Source: an uncultured delta proteobacterium (GTDB lineage Bacteria; Myxococcota; Myxococcia; Myxococcales; Myxococcaceae). From it: 64,000 bases of DNA. The first letter of the stretch is position 1; each line of letters opens with the position of its first letter. The stretch is taken from assembly GCA_963776345.1 (NCBI GenBank), contig CAVZMH010000016.1, positions 704,001-768,000 of the forward strand, read 5' to 3'. Shown here one piece after another: positions 10,635 through 19,480 of the stretch. The notes under the pieces were generated by a model, which saw nothing but the letters and a program-made list of their open reading frames with translations, was not told the origin of the DNA and did not search any database. Both the position numbers and the translations under genes were made by a program.

Positions 10635-11582
10635 CTAGATCGAGTCGCCAGGACCACCGGTCGAAGGCGTCGACGGCAACGTCGTCGTCGGTCCGGGCGA
10701 CGCGACCACCGATGCGACCGGCGCTGGCTCCGGCCGAGCCCTCCAGGGCGGCGGGGTGAGCTTCCCCTCGACGATCACCCGCCAGAGGTAGAAGGTCGCC
10801 GCCAGGAAGACGAACGGCTGCAAGGCCGTGCTCGCCTCGGGTCCGAAGCGTCCGCCGGTCCAGAACTCGGGGCCGGCGATCCCCGCATGCACGAGGGCGG
10901 GGAGCTGCAATCCCGAGATGGGCAGCCCCAGCACGACGCCCATCGTGGTGTTCCAGGCAAAGTGGAAGCCGATCGGGACCCAGAGGCTGCGGTAACGGAG
11001 GTAGCAGGCGGCGAGAAAGACACCGCCGACGGCGATGGCGGCGACGGCCAGCGGCGTGGCGCCCGGGTTCGTGGCGTGGGAGACGCCGAAGAATACGCCG
11101 CTGATCGCCATGGCCCACCCGCTCCCCACGCCCTGGTCGAGCGTGCGGAAGGCGAGCCCCCGGTAGCGCAGCTCCTCCTCGAATCCGACGAGCAGGAGCA
11201 CCGCGGCGAGAGCCACCGCCTCGACGAGGCTGGCGCTGCCCGGCAGGGAGAAGACGTACATTCCGGCGGCGGCGAGCGCGGCGCCGTGCAGGGCGATGGG
11301 ACCAGCGCCGAGCGCGAGGCCCTCCGAGAAGCGGCGGACGAAGCCGGTCCGCCCGAAGAGCCCGCTCTCACGCAGCGTGGAGCCCTCCATCCAACGCAGG
11401 AGGGCGAGCAGCACGACGACGTCGAAGACGGCCACCAGGACGCGCCACTCGATGGCCTGTTCGATCTTCCCTCCGGGGAGCCGCGCCATCCGGTCCAGGA
11501 GGAAACCGAACAGCCGCGGCAGCCCCACCGCCACCCCGACGCGCCAGGGCCAAAAGCGCGGGGAGAGGGGTCCGTTGGCCAT
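10635..11582 (-). CDS. CPBP family intramembrane glutamic endopeptidase (CAAX/Abi)
   Basis: EEELRYRG, FGVSH and HFAWN motifs, plus GGRFGPEAS. Confidence 0.88.
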   Translation of the reverse strand: MANGPLSPRFWPWRVGVAVGLPRLFGFLLDRMARLPGGKIEQAIEWRVLVAVFDVVVLLALLRWMEGSTLRESGLFGRTGFVRRFSEGLALGAGPIALHGAALAAAGMYVFSLPGSASLVEAVALAAVLLLVGFEEELRYRGLAFRTLDQGVGSGWAMAISGVFFGVSHATNPGATPLAVAAIAVGGVFLAACYLRYRSLWVPIGFHFAWNTTMGVVLGLPISGLQLPALVHAGIAGPEFWTGGRFGPEASTALQPFVFLAATFYLWRVIVEGKLTPPPWRARPEPAPVASVVASPGPTTTLPSTPSTGGPGDSI

Positions 11583-11636
11583 GGATGGCCTACGGGCGCC
11601 GACGGTCACCATTTCGCCGTCGCCCGTCTGGCGCTG

Positions 11637-11673
11637 CCTATCGAAAATAGGATGATAGCCTCATCTTCCTATT
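11637..11673. promoter_or_regulatory. AT-rich dyad region, candidate Lrp operator in the divergent promoter
   Basis: CCTAT-N5-ATAGG (11637-11651) and AATAGGA...TCCTATT (11646-11673) in an AT-rich patch upstream of lrp. Confidence 0.45.
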
Positions 11674-11708
11674 GAATACTCATCTGAAGGCTGCATGATG
11701 TCGTTTCG

Positions 11709-12173
11709 ATGGACGACATCGACGCCGGCATCGTGGACCTCCTTCAGGCGGACGCGCGGCTCACCCAGGCGCAGATCGCCAAGAAGGTCGGCCTCTCGCA
11801 GCCCTCGGTGGCTGACCGCATCCGCAAGCTCGAGGAGCAGCGGATCATCACCGGCTACACGGCGAAGGTGGACCCCCGGAAGCTCGGCAAGGACATCACC
11901 GCCTTCATCGGCGTGGGCATCGAGCACCCGAGGTACTTCGACGCCTTCGCCAAGAAGGTGATGGGGCTCGAGGAGGTCCTGGAGTGCCACCGGGTGGCTG
12001 GCCAGGACAGCTACCTGCTCAAGGTGCGCACCGAGAACACCGGCACGCTCGACCTCCTCCTGACGGAGGAGCTGCGCACGCTGCCCGGAGTCACCCGGAC
12101 CCACACCACCATCGTCCTCTGCTCGGTGAAGGAGGAGACCCACGTGGCACCGAAGAAGGAGCCAGCGCCATGA
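11709..12173 (+). CDS. Lrp/AsnC family transcriptional regulator
   Basis: MDDIDAGIVDLLQADARLTQAQIAKKVGLSQPSVADRIRKLEE HTH and the ECHRVAGQDSYLLKV RAM domain. Confidence 0.93.
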   Translation: MDDIDAGIVDLLQADARLTQAQIAKKVGLSQPSVADRIRKLEEQRIITGYTAKVDPRKLGKDITAFIGVGIEHPRYFDAFAKKVMGLEEVLECHRVAGQDSYLLKVRTENTGTLDLLLTEELRTLPGVTRTHTTIVLCSVKEETHVAPKKEPAP

Positions 12174-13549
12174 CGATCCGGACGGCGAGGCGGATGCAGG
12201 GCGTGGTGCCCTCGGCGGTCCGGGAGATCCTCAAGGTGGCGGAGCGGCCCGACGTTCTGTCGTTCGCCGGGGGCCTGCCGGCGCCGGAGCTCTTCCCCGC
12301 CCGGGAGCTGAGCCAAGCGTTCCAGGCGGTGCTGCGGGAGAACCCCGGCGCCGCGTTGCAGTACGGCATCACCGAGGGGTTCCTGCCGCTGCGTGAGTGG
12401 CTGGCGGCACGACTGCGCGCCCAGGGTATTCCGGCTGCGGCGGAGAACCTGGTGGTGGTGAGCGGCAGCCAGCAGGGCATCGACCTGGTGGCCCGCGTCC
12501 TGCTCGACCCGGGCGACACGGTGCTGGTCGAGAACCCCACCTACCTCGCCGCGCTGCAGGCGTTCGCTGCCTGCGAGGTCAATGTCGTCGCGTTGCCGGG
12601 CGACGCCGATGGCCTCCGCACCGAGCTGCTCGAGGAGGCCGTGCGCGAGCACCGGCCCGCGCTCATCTACCTGGTGCCGGAGTTCCAGAACCCGAGGGGC
12701 ACGACGCTCGCCGAGGACCGCCGCCGCGAGCTCGCCGTGGTGGCCGCGCGTCACGGCGTCCCGGTGCTCGAGGACGATCCCTATGGCGCCCTGCGCTTCC
12801 GCGGGGTGCCCTCCACGCCCATCGCGGCGCTCGCCGACGGCCTCACCTTCTACCTCGGCACGTTCTCCAAGACTCTCGCGCCCGGGTTGCGCCTCGGCTG
12901 GATCCACGGGCCAGCGGCCTTGATGCGCACCATCACCATCGCCAAGCAGGCCTGCGACCTGCACACGGCCACCCTCACCCAGCACGCGGTGGCCGAGCTG
13001 CTGAAGACCTTCGACTACGACGCCCATCTGTCGCGTCTCCGCGCGGCGTACCGCGAGCGCTGCGAGGCAATGCTGCGCGCGCTGGAACACAGCATGCCCG
13101 CCGGCACGCGCTGGTCCACGCCCGACGGCGGCCTCTTCCTCTGGCTCGAGCTGCCCCCGGGGATGCGCGACGACGAGGTGTTCCGCGCGGCCATCGAGCA
13201 CGCGGTGGCAGTGGTTCCCGGCAGCGGCTTCTTCGTCGGCTCGCCGGAACACGGCTTTCTCCGGCTCAACTTCTCGAACCAGAGCGTGGCAAACATCGAG
13301 CTCGGCATGGACCGGCTCGGGCAGACCATGGCCGAGCTGCGCCCCACCTCCGCTCGGCGCCCGGCGATCGGGCTCAGTCCCCCGCCCCAGGGGGACGCCG
13401 CGGAAGCGCGCAGGGGCGCGCCGGCGATCGGGCTCAGTCCCCCGCCCCAGGGGGACGCCGCGGAAGCGCGCAGGGGCGCGCCGGCGATCGGGCTCAGTAG
13501 GCGTTCCGCGACAGGAACCCGCCCAGCGCAGTCCGGACCAGAATCTTGA
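12170..13549 (+). CDS. PLP-dependent class I/II aminotransferase (LysN/2-aminoadipate transaminase-like); C-terminus runs through a 60-bp repeat
   Basis: SFAGGLPAPELFP, SGSQQGIDL, FQNPRG, EDDPY and GTFSKTLAPGLRLG (PLP Lys). ATGA overlap with lrp. Confidence 0.9.
   Translation: MTIRTARRMQGVVPSAVREILKVAERPDVLSFAGGLPAPELFPARELSQAFQAVLRENPGAALQYGITEGFLPLREWLAARLRAQGIPAAAENLVVVSGSQQGIDLVARVLLDPGDTVLVENPTYLAALQAFAACEVNVVALPGDADGLRTELLEEAVREHRPALIYLVPEFQNPRGTTLAEDRRRELAVVAARHGVPVLEDDPYGALRFRGVPSTPIAALADGLTFYLGTFSKTLAPGLRLGWIHGPAALMRTITIAKQACDLHTATLTQHAVAELLKTFDYDAHLSRLRAAYRERCEAMLRALEHSMPAGTRWSTPDGGLFLWLELPPGMRDDEVFRAAIEHAVAVVPGSGFFVGSPEHGFLRLNFSNQSVANIELGMDRLGQTMAELRPTSARRPAIGLSPPPQGDAAEARRGAPAIGLSPPPQGDAAEARRGAPAIGLSRRSATGTRPAQSGPES
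13361..13498. repeat. Perfect 60-bp tandem repeat, 2.3 copies, with internal hairpins (REP-like)
   Basis: Unit ccggcgatcgggctcagtcccccgccccagggggacgccgcggaagcgcgcaggggcgcg starts at 13361, 13421 and, partially, 13481. Confidence 0.95.
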
Positions 13550-14879
13550 GGTCCAGCAAGAGCGACCAGTTCTCGATGTAATAGAGGTCGTACTCGATCC
13601 GCTTCTGGATGGACGTCTGTCCGCGGAGCCCGTTGATCTGCGCCCAGCCGGTGATGCCCGCCTTCACCTTGTGGCGCAGGTGGTACTTGGGGATCTGCCG
13701 CTTGAACTCCTCGATGAACACCGGCCGCTCCGGGCGCGGGCCGACCAGGCTCATGTCCCCCCGCAGCACGTTGAACAGCTGCGGCAGCTCGTCGAGCGAC
13801 GTCCGGCGGAGGAAGGCGCCCAGGGGCGTCCGGCGGTCGTCACCCGCGGTGGCCATCCGCGCGCCCGCATGCTCGGCGTCCACCCGCATGGTGCGGAACT
13901 TGAGGATGTGGAAGACGGCTCCGTCCATCCCCATCCGCTCCTGACGGTAGAGGACCGGCCCGGGGCTGGTCAGCTTCACCACCAGCGCCACCACCAGCAT
14001 CACCGGCGAGATCAGGAGCAACGCCAGCGCCGAGAACAGGAAGTCGAAGGCGCGCTTGGCCACCAGGTTCCAGCCCTCCAGCGGCCCGCCCTGGAGGCTG
14101 ACGATGGGCAGCCCGCCGAACTCCTCGAGCCCACCGTAGAGCGTGACGTACTGGAAGAGGTCGGGGACGATCTTCACGTCCACGGTCTGCAGCGCCAGCC
14201 GCTCCATCAGCGACTTCATCAGCGGCATGTCCTCGGAGGGCAGCGCGAGGATCACCTGGTCCACCGGGTGCTCGCGCAGCACGCGGTTCAGCTCGTCGGT
14301 GGTCCCGATCACCGGCACGCCCCGCACCGTGGTCCCGGGCAGCAGCAGGTCGCGGGAGAGCACCCCGGTCACCCGGAAGCCCAGCTCGCGGTGGTGCTCG
14401 ATGGTCTCCACCACCCGCTCGCCCAGCTCGCCCGCGCCCACCAGGAGGATGGACTTGAGGTTCAGGCCGCGTCGGCGCAGGGACTCGAGCCACATCCGGA
14501 ACCCGACGCGGGTCGTGGCGACCAGGAAGAACGAGTAGCCGGCGAAGATGGCCAGGGTGAGCCGGGAATAGCGTTCGCGCCCGAAGTAGGTCAGCGCCAC
14601 CAGCACCAGGCTCCCGGTGATGGTGGCCTTGAAGAGCTCGAAGACCTCTTCCAGGTGGGTCCGCACCCGGTTGGTGGCGTAGAGGCGTGATTGCCGGTAC
14701 GCGACCGGGAAGAGCACCAGCACCAGAGCGAGCGTGACCAGCGTCTCGCGCACCGGTGGCCGCGGCGCGGTCAGCGCGTCGAAGCGGGTCAGGTAGGCGA
14801 GGACGAAGGCGATCGTGAGCACCGCCACGTCGATGGCGACCTTGATCGATGTCCAGAACCGCTGCAGCCGGTTGAACAC
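13494..14879 (-). CDS. wbaP: Undecaprenyl-phosphate hexose-1-phosphate transferase (WbaP/WcaJ family), O-antigen priming
   Basis: KRAFD, KFRTM, LRRTSLDELPQLFNVLRGDMSLVGPRPE, GITGWAQ and DLYYIENWS, with N-terminal TMs. Context: waaL and GT4 genes. Confidence 0.88.
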   Translation of the reverse strand: MFNRLQRFWTSIKVAIDVAVLTIAFVLAYLTRFDALTAPRPPVRETLVTLALVLVLFPVAYRQSRLYATNRVRTHLEEVFELFKATITGSLVLVALTYFGRERYSRLTLAIFAGYSFFLVATTRVGFRMWLESLRRRGLNLKSILLVGAGELGERVVETIEHHRELGFRVTGVLSRDLLLPGTTVRGVPVIGTTDELNRVLREHPVDQVILALPSEDMPLMKSLMERLALQTVDVKIVPDLFQYVTLYGGLEEFGGLPIVSLQGGPLEGWNLVAKRAFDFLFSALALLLISPVMLVVALVVKLTSPGPVLYRQERMGMDGAVFHILKFRTMRVDAEHAGARMATAGDDRRTPLGAFLRRTSLDELPQLFNVLRGDMSLVGPRPERPVFIEEFKRQIPKYHLRHKVKAGITGWAQINGLRGQTSIQKRIEYDLYYIENWSLLLDLKILVRTALGGFLSRNAY

Positions 14880-14889
14880 GCGCCTTGCA

Positions 14890-16025
14890 CTACCACGGAA
14901 GTCGGCCCTGGAGGTCGGGACGGCCGGCCAGCAGCGCCTCCACCCGGGCCCGGAAGGCCGCCCGGAAGCGCTCCTCGGAGAAGAGCTCGGCCCGCGCCCT
15001 CGCCCGGGCCGGGTCGAAGCTGCGCTCGAAGGCCTCGAACCGGGCGAGCGCCTCGACCAGCGCCTCCACCGTCGGCTGCTCGAAGAGCAGGCCAGTCTCC
15101 GGGGTGAGGGTCTCCAGCGCCCCCCCGCGGGCGAGCGCGATGACCGGACGCCCCGAGGCCAGCGCCTCCAGCGGAGCGATGCCGAAGTCCTCTTCCCCGG
15201 GGAAGACCAGGGCCCGCGCGCCCCGGTACAGGGCGGGCACCTCGGCGTCGGGCACCTTCCCCAGCCAGCGCACGTTGGGAGGCAGGTCCGAGCGGAGGAG
15301 GCGCGCGTCCTGCCCGTCGCCGGCGATCCACAGCACGTGCCCCGTGCGGCGGAACGCCTCCACCGCCAGGTCCACCCGCTTGTAGGGCGCGAGCGCCCCG
15401 AGCCAGAGGAAGTAGCCGCCGGGGGCTGCCCCGCCGCCGGCGGCTGCATCCCGAAGCGCCCGAGGTCCACTGGCGGGTGGATGACCTCCGCCTCGCGGCC
15501 CCAGAACCGGGCGATGCGCCGGGCCACGTGGTGACTGTTGGCCACCAGCGCGTCGGGATCGGCCGCGGTGCGGCGGTCCCAGGCCTGGAGCGCGGGGCGC
15601 GCGGCCGCCGCCGCCAGCCGCACCGGCAGGCTCGCCCGCCCCGGACCGAAGTAGGCGTCGAACTGGTCCCACATGTAGCGCATCGGCGAGTGCACGTAGG
15701 CCAGGTGCGGGGTCCCCGGCGGCACCCGCGCGCCCTTGGCCACGCAGTGGCTGGAGGAGACGACCAGGTCGAAGCCCCGGAGGTCGAGGACGCGCAGCGC
15801 CGCCGGCATCAGGGGCAGCGCCGCGCGATAGCGGCGCTCGATGCCGGGCAGGTGCTGCAGCGGGGAGGTGTGGATGGGCCGGGACTCGACGTCCGGCCCC
15901 ACGCTCCCCGGCACGTGCAGGAGGGTGAAGATCTCCGAGCCGGGAAAGAGCCGGACCAGCTGCGCGAGCACCAGCTCTCCGCCGCGGCGCCCGGTGAGCC
16001 AGTCATGGACGAGAGCGACGCGCAT
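14890..16025 (-). CDS. GT4 glycosyltransferase, split by an apparent single-base frameshift at 15421-15425
   Basis: N-half MRVALVHDWL..GGE and YVHSPMRY; C-half YKRVDLAV and EEDFGIAPLEALASG in another frame; the junction is a G5 run. Confidence 0.85.
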
Positions 16026-16072
16026 CGCGGGGCGTTCGGCCGGTCGGTGTAGCATGCCGCAGCCGCGACTCC

Positions 16073-17140
16073 ATGGCCCCCCGGGTGCTGATCGATCTTC
16101 GGATGGTGTCCGGCCGGCTGCACGGCATCGCCCGGTACGCGCTGGAGCTCGCCCGGGTGCTTCCCTCCCTCGCGCCCGACCTGGCCTTCGAGGGCCTGGG
16201 GCCGCCGGGCGGGCTGCCCGAGCTGGGTCCGCTCGCCCCCGCGTTCCCGGTGCACGCCGCGTCCGCGGGATTCCTCTCGCCGCTGGAGCAGCCGGCCCTC
16301 GCCGCGGCGCTCCGGAGGCTCGACCCGGCGCTCTTCCACGCCACGTCCTTCTCCGTGCCTCTGCTCTGGCGTGGGCCGCTGGTCGCCACGCTGCACGACG
16401 CGGCGCACCTGGCCCGCAGCGCCGAGTTCGGCCGGCTCACCGCCATCTACTACCGGGTGGTGGTGCGACCGACGGTGCGCCGCGCCCGGGCGCTGCTCAC
16501 GGTCTCCGAGTTCGCGCGGGGTGAGCTCGCGAGCCGCCTCGGCGTCCCGCAGTCGCGCTGGACCGTCGTCCCGCCCGGGGTCGACGCCCGATTCCGGCCG
16601 CCCACGGCGGAGGAGCGACTGCAAATCAGGGCGCGCCTCGACCTCCCGCCGCGGTATCTCCTAGCGGTGGGCAACCCCAAGCCGCACAAGAACCTCGCGC
16701 TCCTCGCACGCATCGCCGCCCGGCTCCCGGTGCCGCTGGTGCTGCTCGCCGGCGAAGGCGCGGGGCGCGTCTTCCCCAGGCCGACCCGCGTCCTGGCCGA
16801 GGTGGACGAGTCGCACCTCCCGGCGCTCTACGGCAGCGCCGAGGCGCTCCTCCTCCCCTCGCGGCACGAGGGCTTCGGCCTCCCTGCCCTCGAGGCGATG
16901 GCCACCGGCACGCCGGTCCTCGCCGCCAGCGCCGGCGCGCTCCCCGAGGTGACCGGGGGCGCCGCGGAGCTGCTCGACCCCGACGAGCCGGAGGCGTGGA
17001 TCGCCGCCAGCAACGCCCTGGTCGCCGACCCGCTCCTGCGCGCCCGCTGGGCCTCCGCCGGCCGCGAGCGCGCCCGCGCCTTCACCTGGGAGCGCTGCGC
17101 CCGCCAGACCCTCGCGGTGTATCGCTCGGCGCTGGACTGA
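16073..17140 (+). CDS. GT4 glycosyltransferase
   Basis: HGIARY, PHKNL and EGFGLPALEAMATGTPV motifs. Confidence 0.9.
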   Translation: MAPRVLIDLRMVSGRLHGIARYALELARVLPSLAPDLAFEGLGPPGGLPELGPLAPAFPVHAASAGFLSPLEQPALAAALRRLDPALFHATSFSVPLLWRGPLVATLHDAAHLARSAEFGRLTAIYYRVVVRPTVRRARALLTVSEFARGELASRLGVPQSRWTVVPPGVDARFRPPTAEERLQIRARLDLPPRYLLAVGNPKPHKNLALLARIAARLPVPLVLLAGEGAGRVFPRPTRVLAEVDESHLPALYGSAEALLLPSRHEGFGLPALEAMATGTPVLAASAGALPEVTGGAAELLDPDEPEAWIAASNALVADPLLRARWASAGRERARAFTWERCARQTLAVYRSALD

Positions 17141-18356
17141 GCCGGGGACCGGGCCCCGGGTGCACCAGGCCCACGCCCCAGACGAGCGCGAAGCCGAGGG
17201 CCACGCTGGGGTGGAACGGCAGGTGATGGGCGACGCCCAGCGTGTGGTACCCGAGCCAGGACAGCGCCGCCCCGAGCGCCACCGCGTTCCCGCCGCGCGC
17301 ACGCCGGAGCAGCGCCAGCGCCAGCGTGCCGTGCAGCACCACCCAGAGCACGAGCCCGGGGAGGCCCGTCTCGGCCCAGACGGTGAGGGCGATGGAGTGC
17401 GCGTCGCGCGAGAGCATGTCGGTGATTCCGGTGACGCCCTGCCGCGCCAGCGCCGCCTGGCGGTAGTTGCCGAAGCCGACGCCGAGCCACGGGTGCCGGC
17501 GCACCAGGTCCCATCCCGCGGCCCGCGCCAGCGCGCGCTCGCCGCCGACGAAGTTCTCGGTCGCCGCGGCGAGGCGGACGTGCCACCCCGGGCTCACCAC
17601 CGCAGCGGCGGCCACGGCCAGGAGCACCGCCAGGACCAGGCCCCGGACCCGGACGCTCCGGGCCACGGCGACGCCGGCGACGAGCGCCAGGAGGAGCGCG
17701 GTGAGGAGCGCGGCCCGGGCATAGGCCAGGACGGTGCAGCAGATGCAGGCCACCGCCAGCGCCGCCGCGAGCACCCGCCTCCGGCCCGCGGCGGGACGGA
17801 GCGCGGTGGCGAGCGCCGGTCCGAGCGCGGCGACGGCGGCGTGCGCGAGCCGGAGCCGATGGAAGAAGAAGCCCCCGGCGGCATAGCGGTCCTCGCCGCC
17901 GAACGTCTCGTGCACCCGGTCCACCGGGACGCGAAGGAAGGCGGGAATGGGAATCGACCAGCGCACCAGGTGCTGCACCGAGGAGAACCCGAGCGAGAGC
18001 AGCCCGCCGGCCACGAAGAGCGCCTCCGGCCAGGCCCAGCGGACGACCTGGGCGCCGAGCAACGCGGCGGCGGCCAGGGCCGCGGTGTCCAGGCAGTGGA
18101 GCCACAGGGCGGCCGGGGGAAGGCCCGGAGCGCCCAGCGCACGCGCCACCAGCGGCGAGATCGCCTGCCACCCGGCGAGCCCCAGCGCCGCGCGCACCGG
18201 GACCCGGGCCTCCCGGGGCAGCGACGCGCCCCGCATCACCAGCGCCGCCGAGGCGACGAGCGCCGCGTCCGCCACCGCCTGGAGCAGCCCCTCGGACAGC
18301 CAGAAGGCGGCGGACCACGCCGCGACCAGCGCCGTCGCCAGACGCGCCGGGCTCAC
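17082..18356 (-). CDS. waaL: O-antigen ligase family protein
   Basis: Multi-TM protein with HPWLGVGFGNY and DAHS...WAETGLPG Wzy_C motifs; GTGA coupling to lptG. The 3' end is approximate because it overlaps the convergent GT4. Confidence 0.8.
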   Translation of the reverse strand: MSPARLATALVAAWSAAFWLSEGLLQAVADAALVASAALVMRGASLPREARVPVRAALGLAGWQAISPLVARALGAPGLPPAALWLHCLDTAALAAAALLGAQVVRWAWPEALFVAGGLLSLGFSSVQHLVRWSIPIPAFLRVPVDRVHETFGGEDRYAAGGFFFHRLRLAHAAVAALGPALATALRPAAGRRRVLAAALAVACICCTVLAYARAALLTALLLALVAGVAVARSVRVRGLVLAVLLAVAAAAVVSPGWHVRLAAATENFVGGERALARAAGWDLVRRHPWLGVGFGNYRQAALARQGVTGITDMLSRDAHSIALTVWAETGLPGLVLWVVLHGTLALALLRRARGGNAVALGAALSWLGYHTLGVAHHLPFHPSVALGFALVWGVGLVHPGPGPRLSPAPSDTPRGSGGRSAPR

Positions 18357-19480
18357 GCCCCCGCTCCGGACCACCCTCCCCACCGGAGCACGCGGCGGCC
18401 CGTCCCCGGCGGCACCCAGAGGAGCACCCCCAGCGCCAGGGTGAGGACCAGGAGCGGGAGCGCCGCGGCCAGGAGCGGCGCCATCCGGCCGGCGTTCACC
18501 AGGGCGCGGGCGATGACCGTCAGCCCCCACAGCCCCATGGTCACCGCCAGGCCCTCCACCAGCGCCCCGGTGAGCGAGGCGCCCCGGCCCGGCCGCAGCG
18601 CGAGCACCACCGCCAGGAGCGCGGCGGGGACGCCCGCCAGGGGGTAGGTGAAGCGATTGCCGAGCGCGAGCACGAACAGGCGGTCGGACAGGCCCACCTC
18701 CCGGCGGGCGCGGATCTGCTGCCGGAGCACCGGGACCCGCATCTGCTCCGGCCGCCCCGGCCGGATGCCGAGCAACACCCGGGTGATGCCCAGGTCCACC
18801 GTCTCCTCGGGCAGCTCGGTGAGCCGCAGCGCTCCTCGCCGGTCGAACACCCGCCGCGTCACGCCCACCAGCCGCCACCGGGTGCCGCCGGCGTGCTCCA
18901 TCGCCTGCGCATCGACCCGCTCGGCGAGGTCGAAGTCCGGCGTCAGGCGCAGCACGGTGACGCCGCGGAAGCCCGACTCCACGTCCCCGGACTCGAGATG
19001 CAGGATGCGGTCCTCGTGACGGAACCACTGCTTCCGCTCGTAGAAGGACCGCCAGTCGCCCCAGCGGTGGAAGCGGAGCGCGGTGATCTCGTCCACCCGG
19101 CGGCTGGCGTGACCCACCGCGAACTCGTCGAGCAGGCCGAGCGCGACCGCCGCCACCAGCGCCACCCCGACCACCGGGAGGAACAGGACCCGGCGGCCGA
19201 AGCCGAGCGCGAGGATGGCGGTCAGCTCGCCGCGGCGGCGGAGGAGCGAGACCAGCGTGGCGCTGGCGAGGAGCAGCGCCGCGGGCGCGAGCTGGTGCGC
19301 GGCCACCAGCGCCTTCCAGCCGTACAGCTCGGCCACGTCGCGCACCCAGTTGGGCCCGGTGTAGGCGCGGGCCCGGTCCACGAAGTCGGCCACCAGGAAG
19401 ACCACCAGCAGCCCGGCCAGCACCGCGCTCACCAGGACCAGGTAGCGGCGGAGCACGTGGCGCAGGAGGAGCCCCCGCAT
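18353..19480 (-). CDS. lptG: LPS export ABC transporter permease (LptF/LptG family)
   Basis: LRRYL N-terminus, LRRRGELTAILALG, periplasmic beta region and C-terminal TMs. Confidence 0.82.
   Translation of the reverse strand: MRGLLLRHVLRRYLVLVSAVLAGLLVVFLVADFVDRARAYTGPNWVRDVAELYGWKALVAAHQLAPAALLLASATLVSLLRRRGELTAILALGFGRRVLFLPVVGVALVAAVALGLLDEFAVGHASRRVDEITALRFHRWGDWRSFYERKQWFRHEDRILHLESGDVESGFRGVTVLRLTPDFDLAERVDAQAMEHAGGTRWRLVGVTRRVFDRRGALRLTELPEETVDLGITRVLLGIRPGRPEQMRVPVLRQQIRARREVGLSDRLFVLALGNRFTYPLAGVPAALLAVVLALRPGRGASLTGALVEGLAVTMGLWGLTVIARALVNAGRMAPLLAAALPLLVLTLALGVLLWVPPGTGRRVLRWGGWSGAGA

Noticed and set aside
13361..13498. Mini CRISPR array (18-bp repeat three times with 42-bp spacers)
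   Set aside because: The two spacers are identical, the repeat is too short and there are no cas genes; it is a plain tandem repeat.
13494..16055. 853-aa GT4-WbaP fusion in the ORF track
   Set aside because: It is produced by the frameshift at 15421-15425. The middle section is off-frame GT4 sequence, and wbaP has its own start at 14879.
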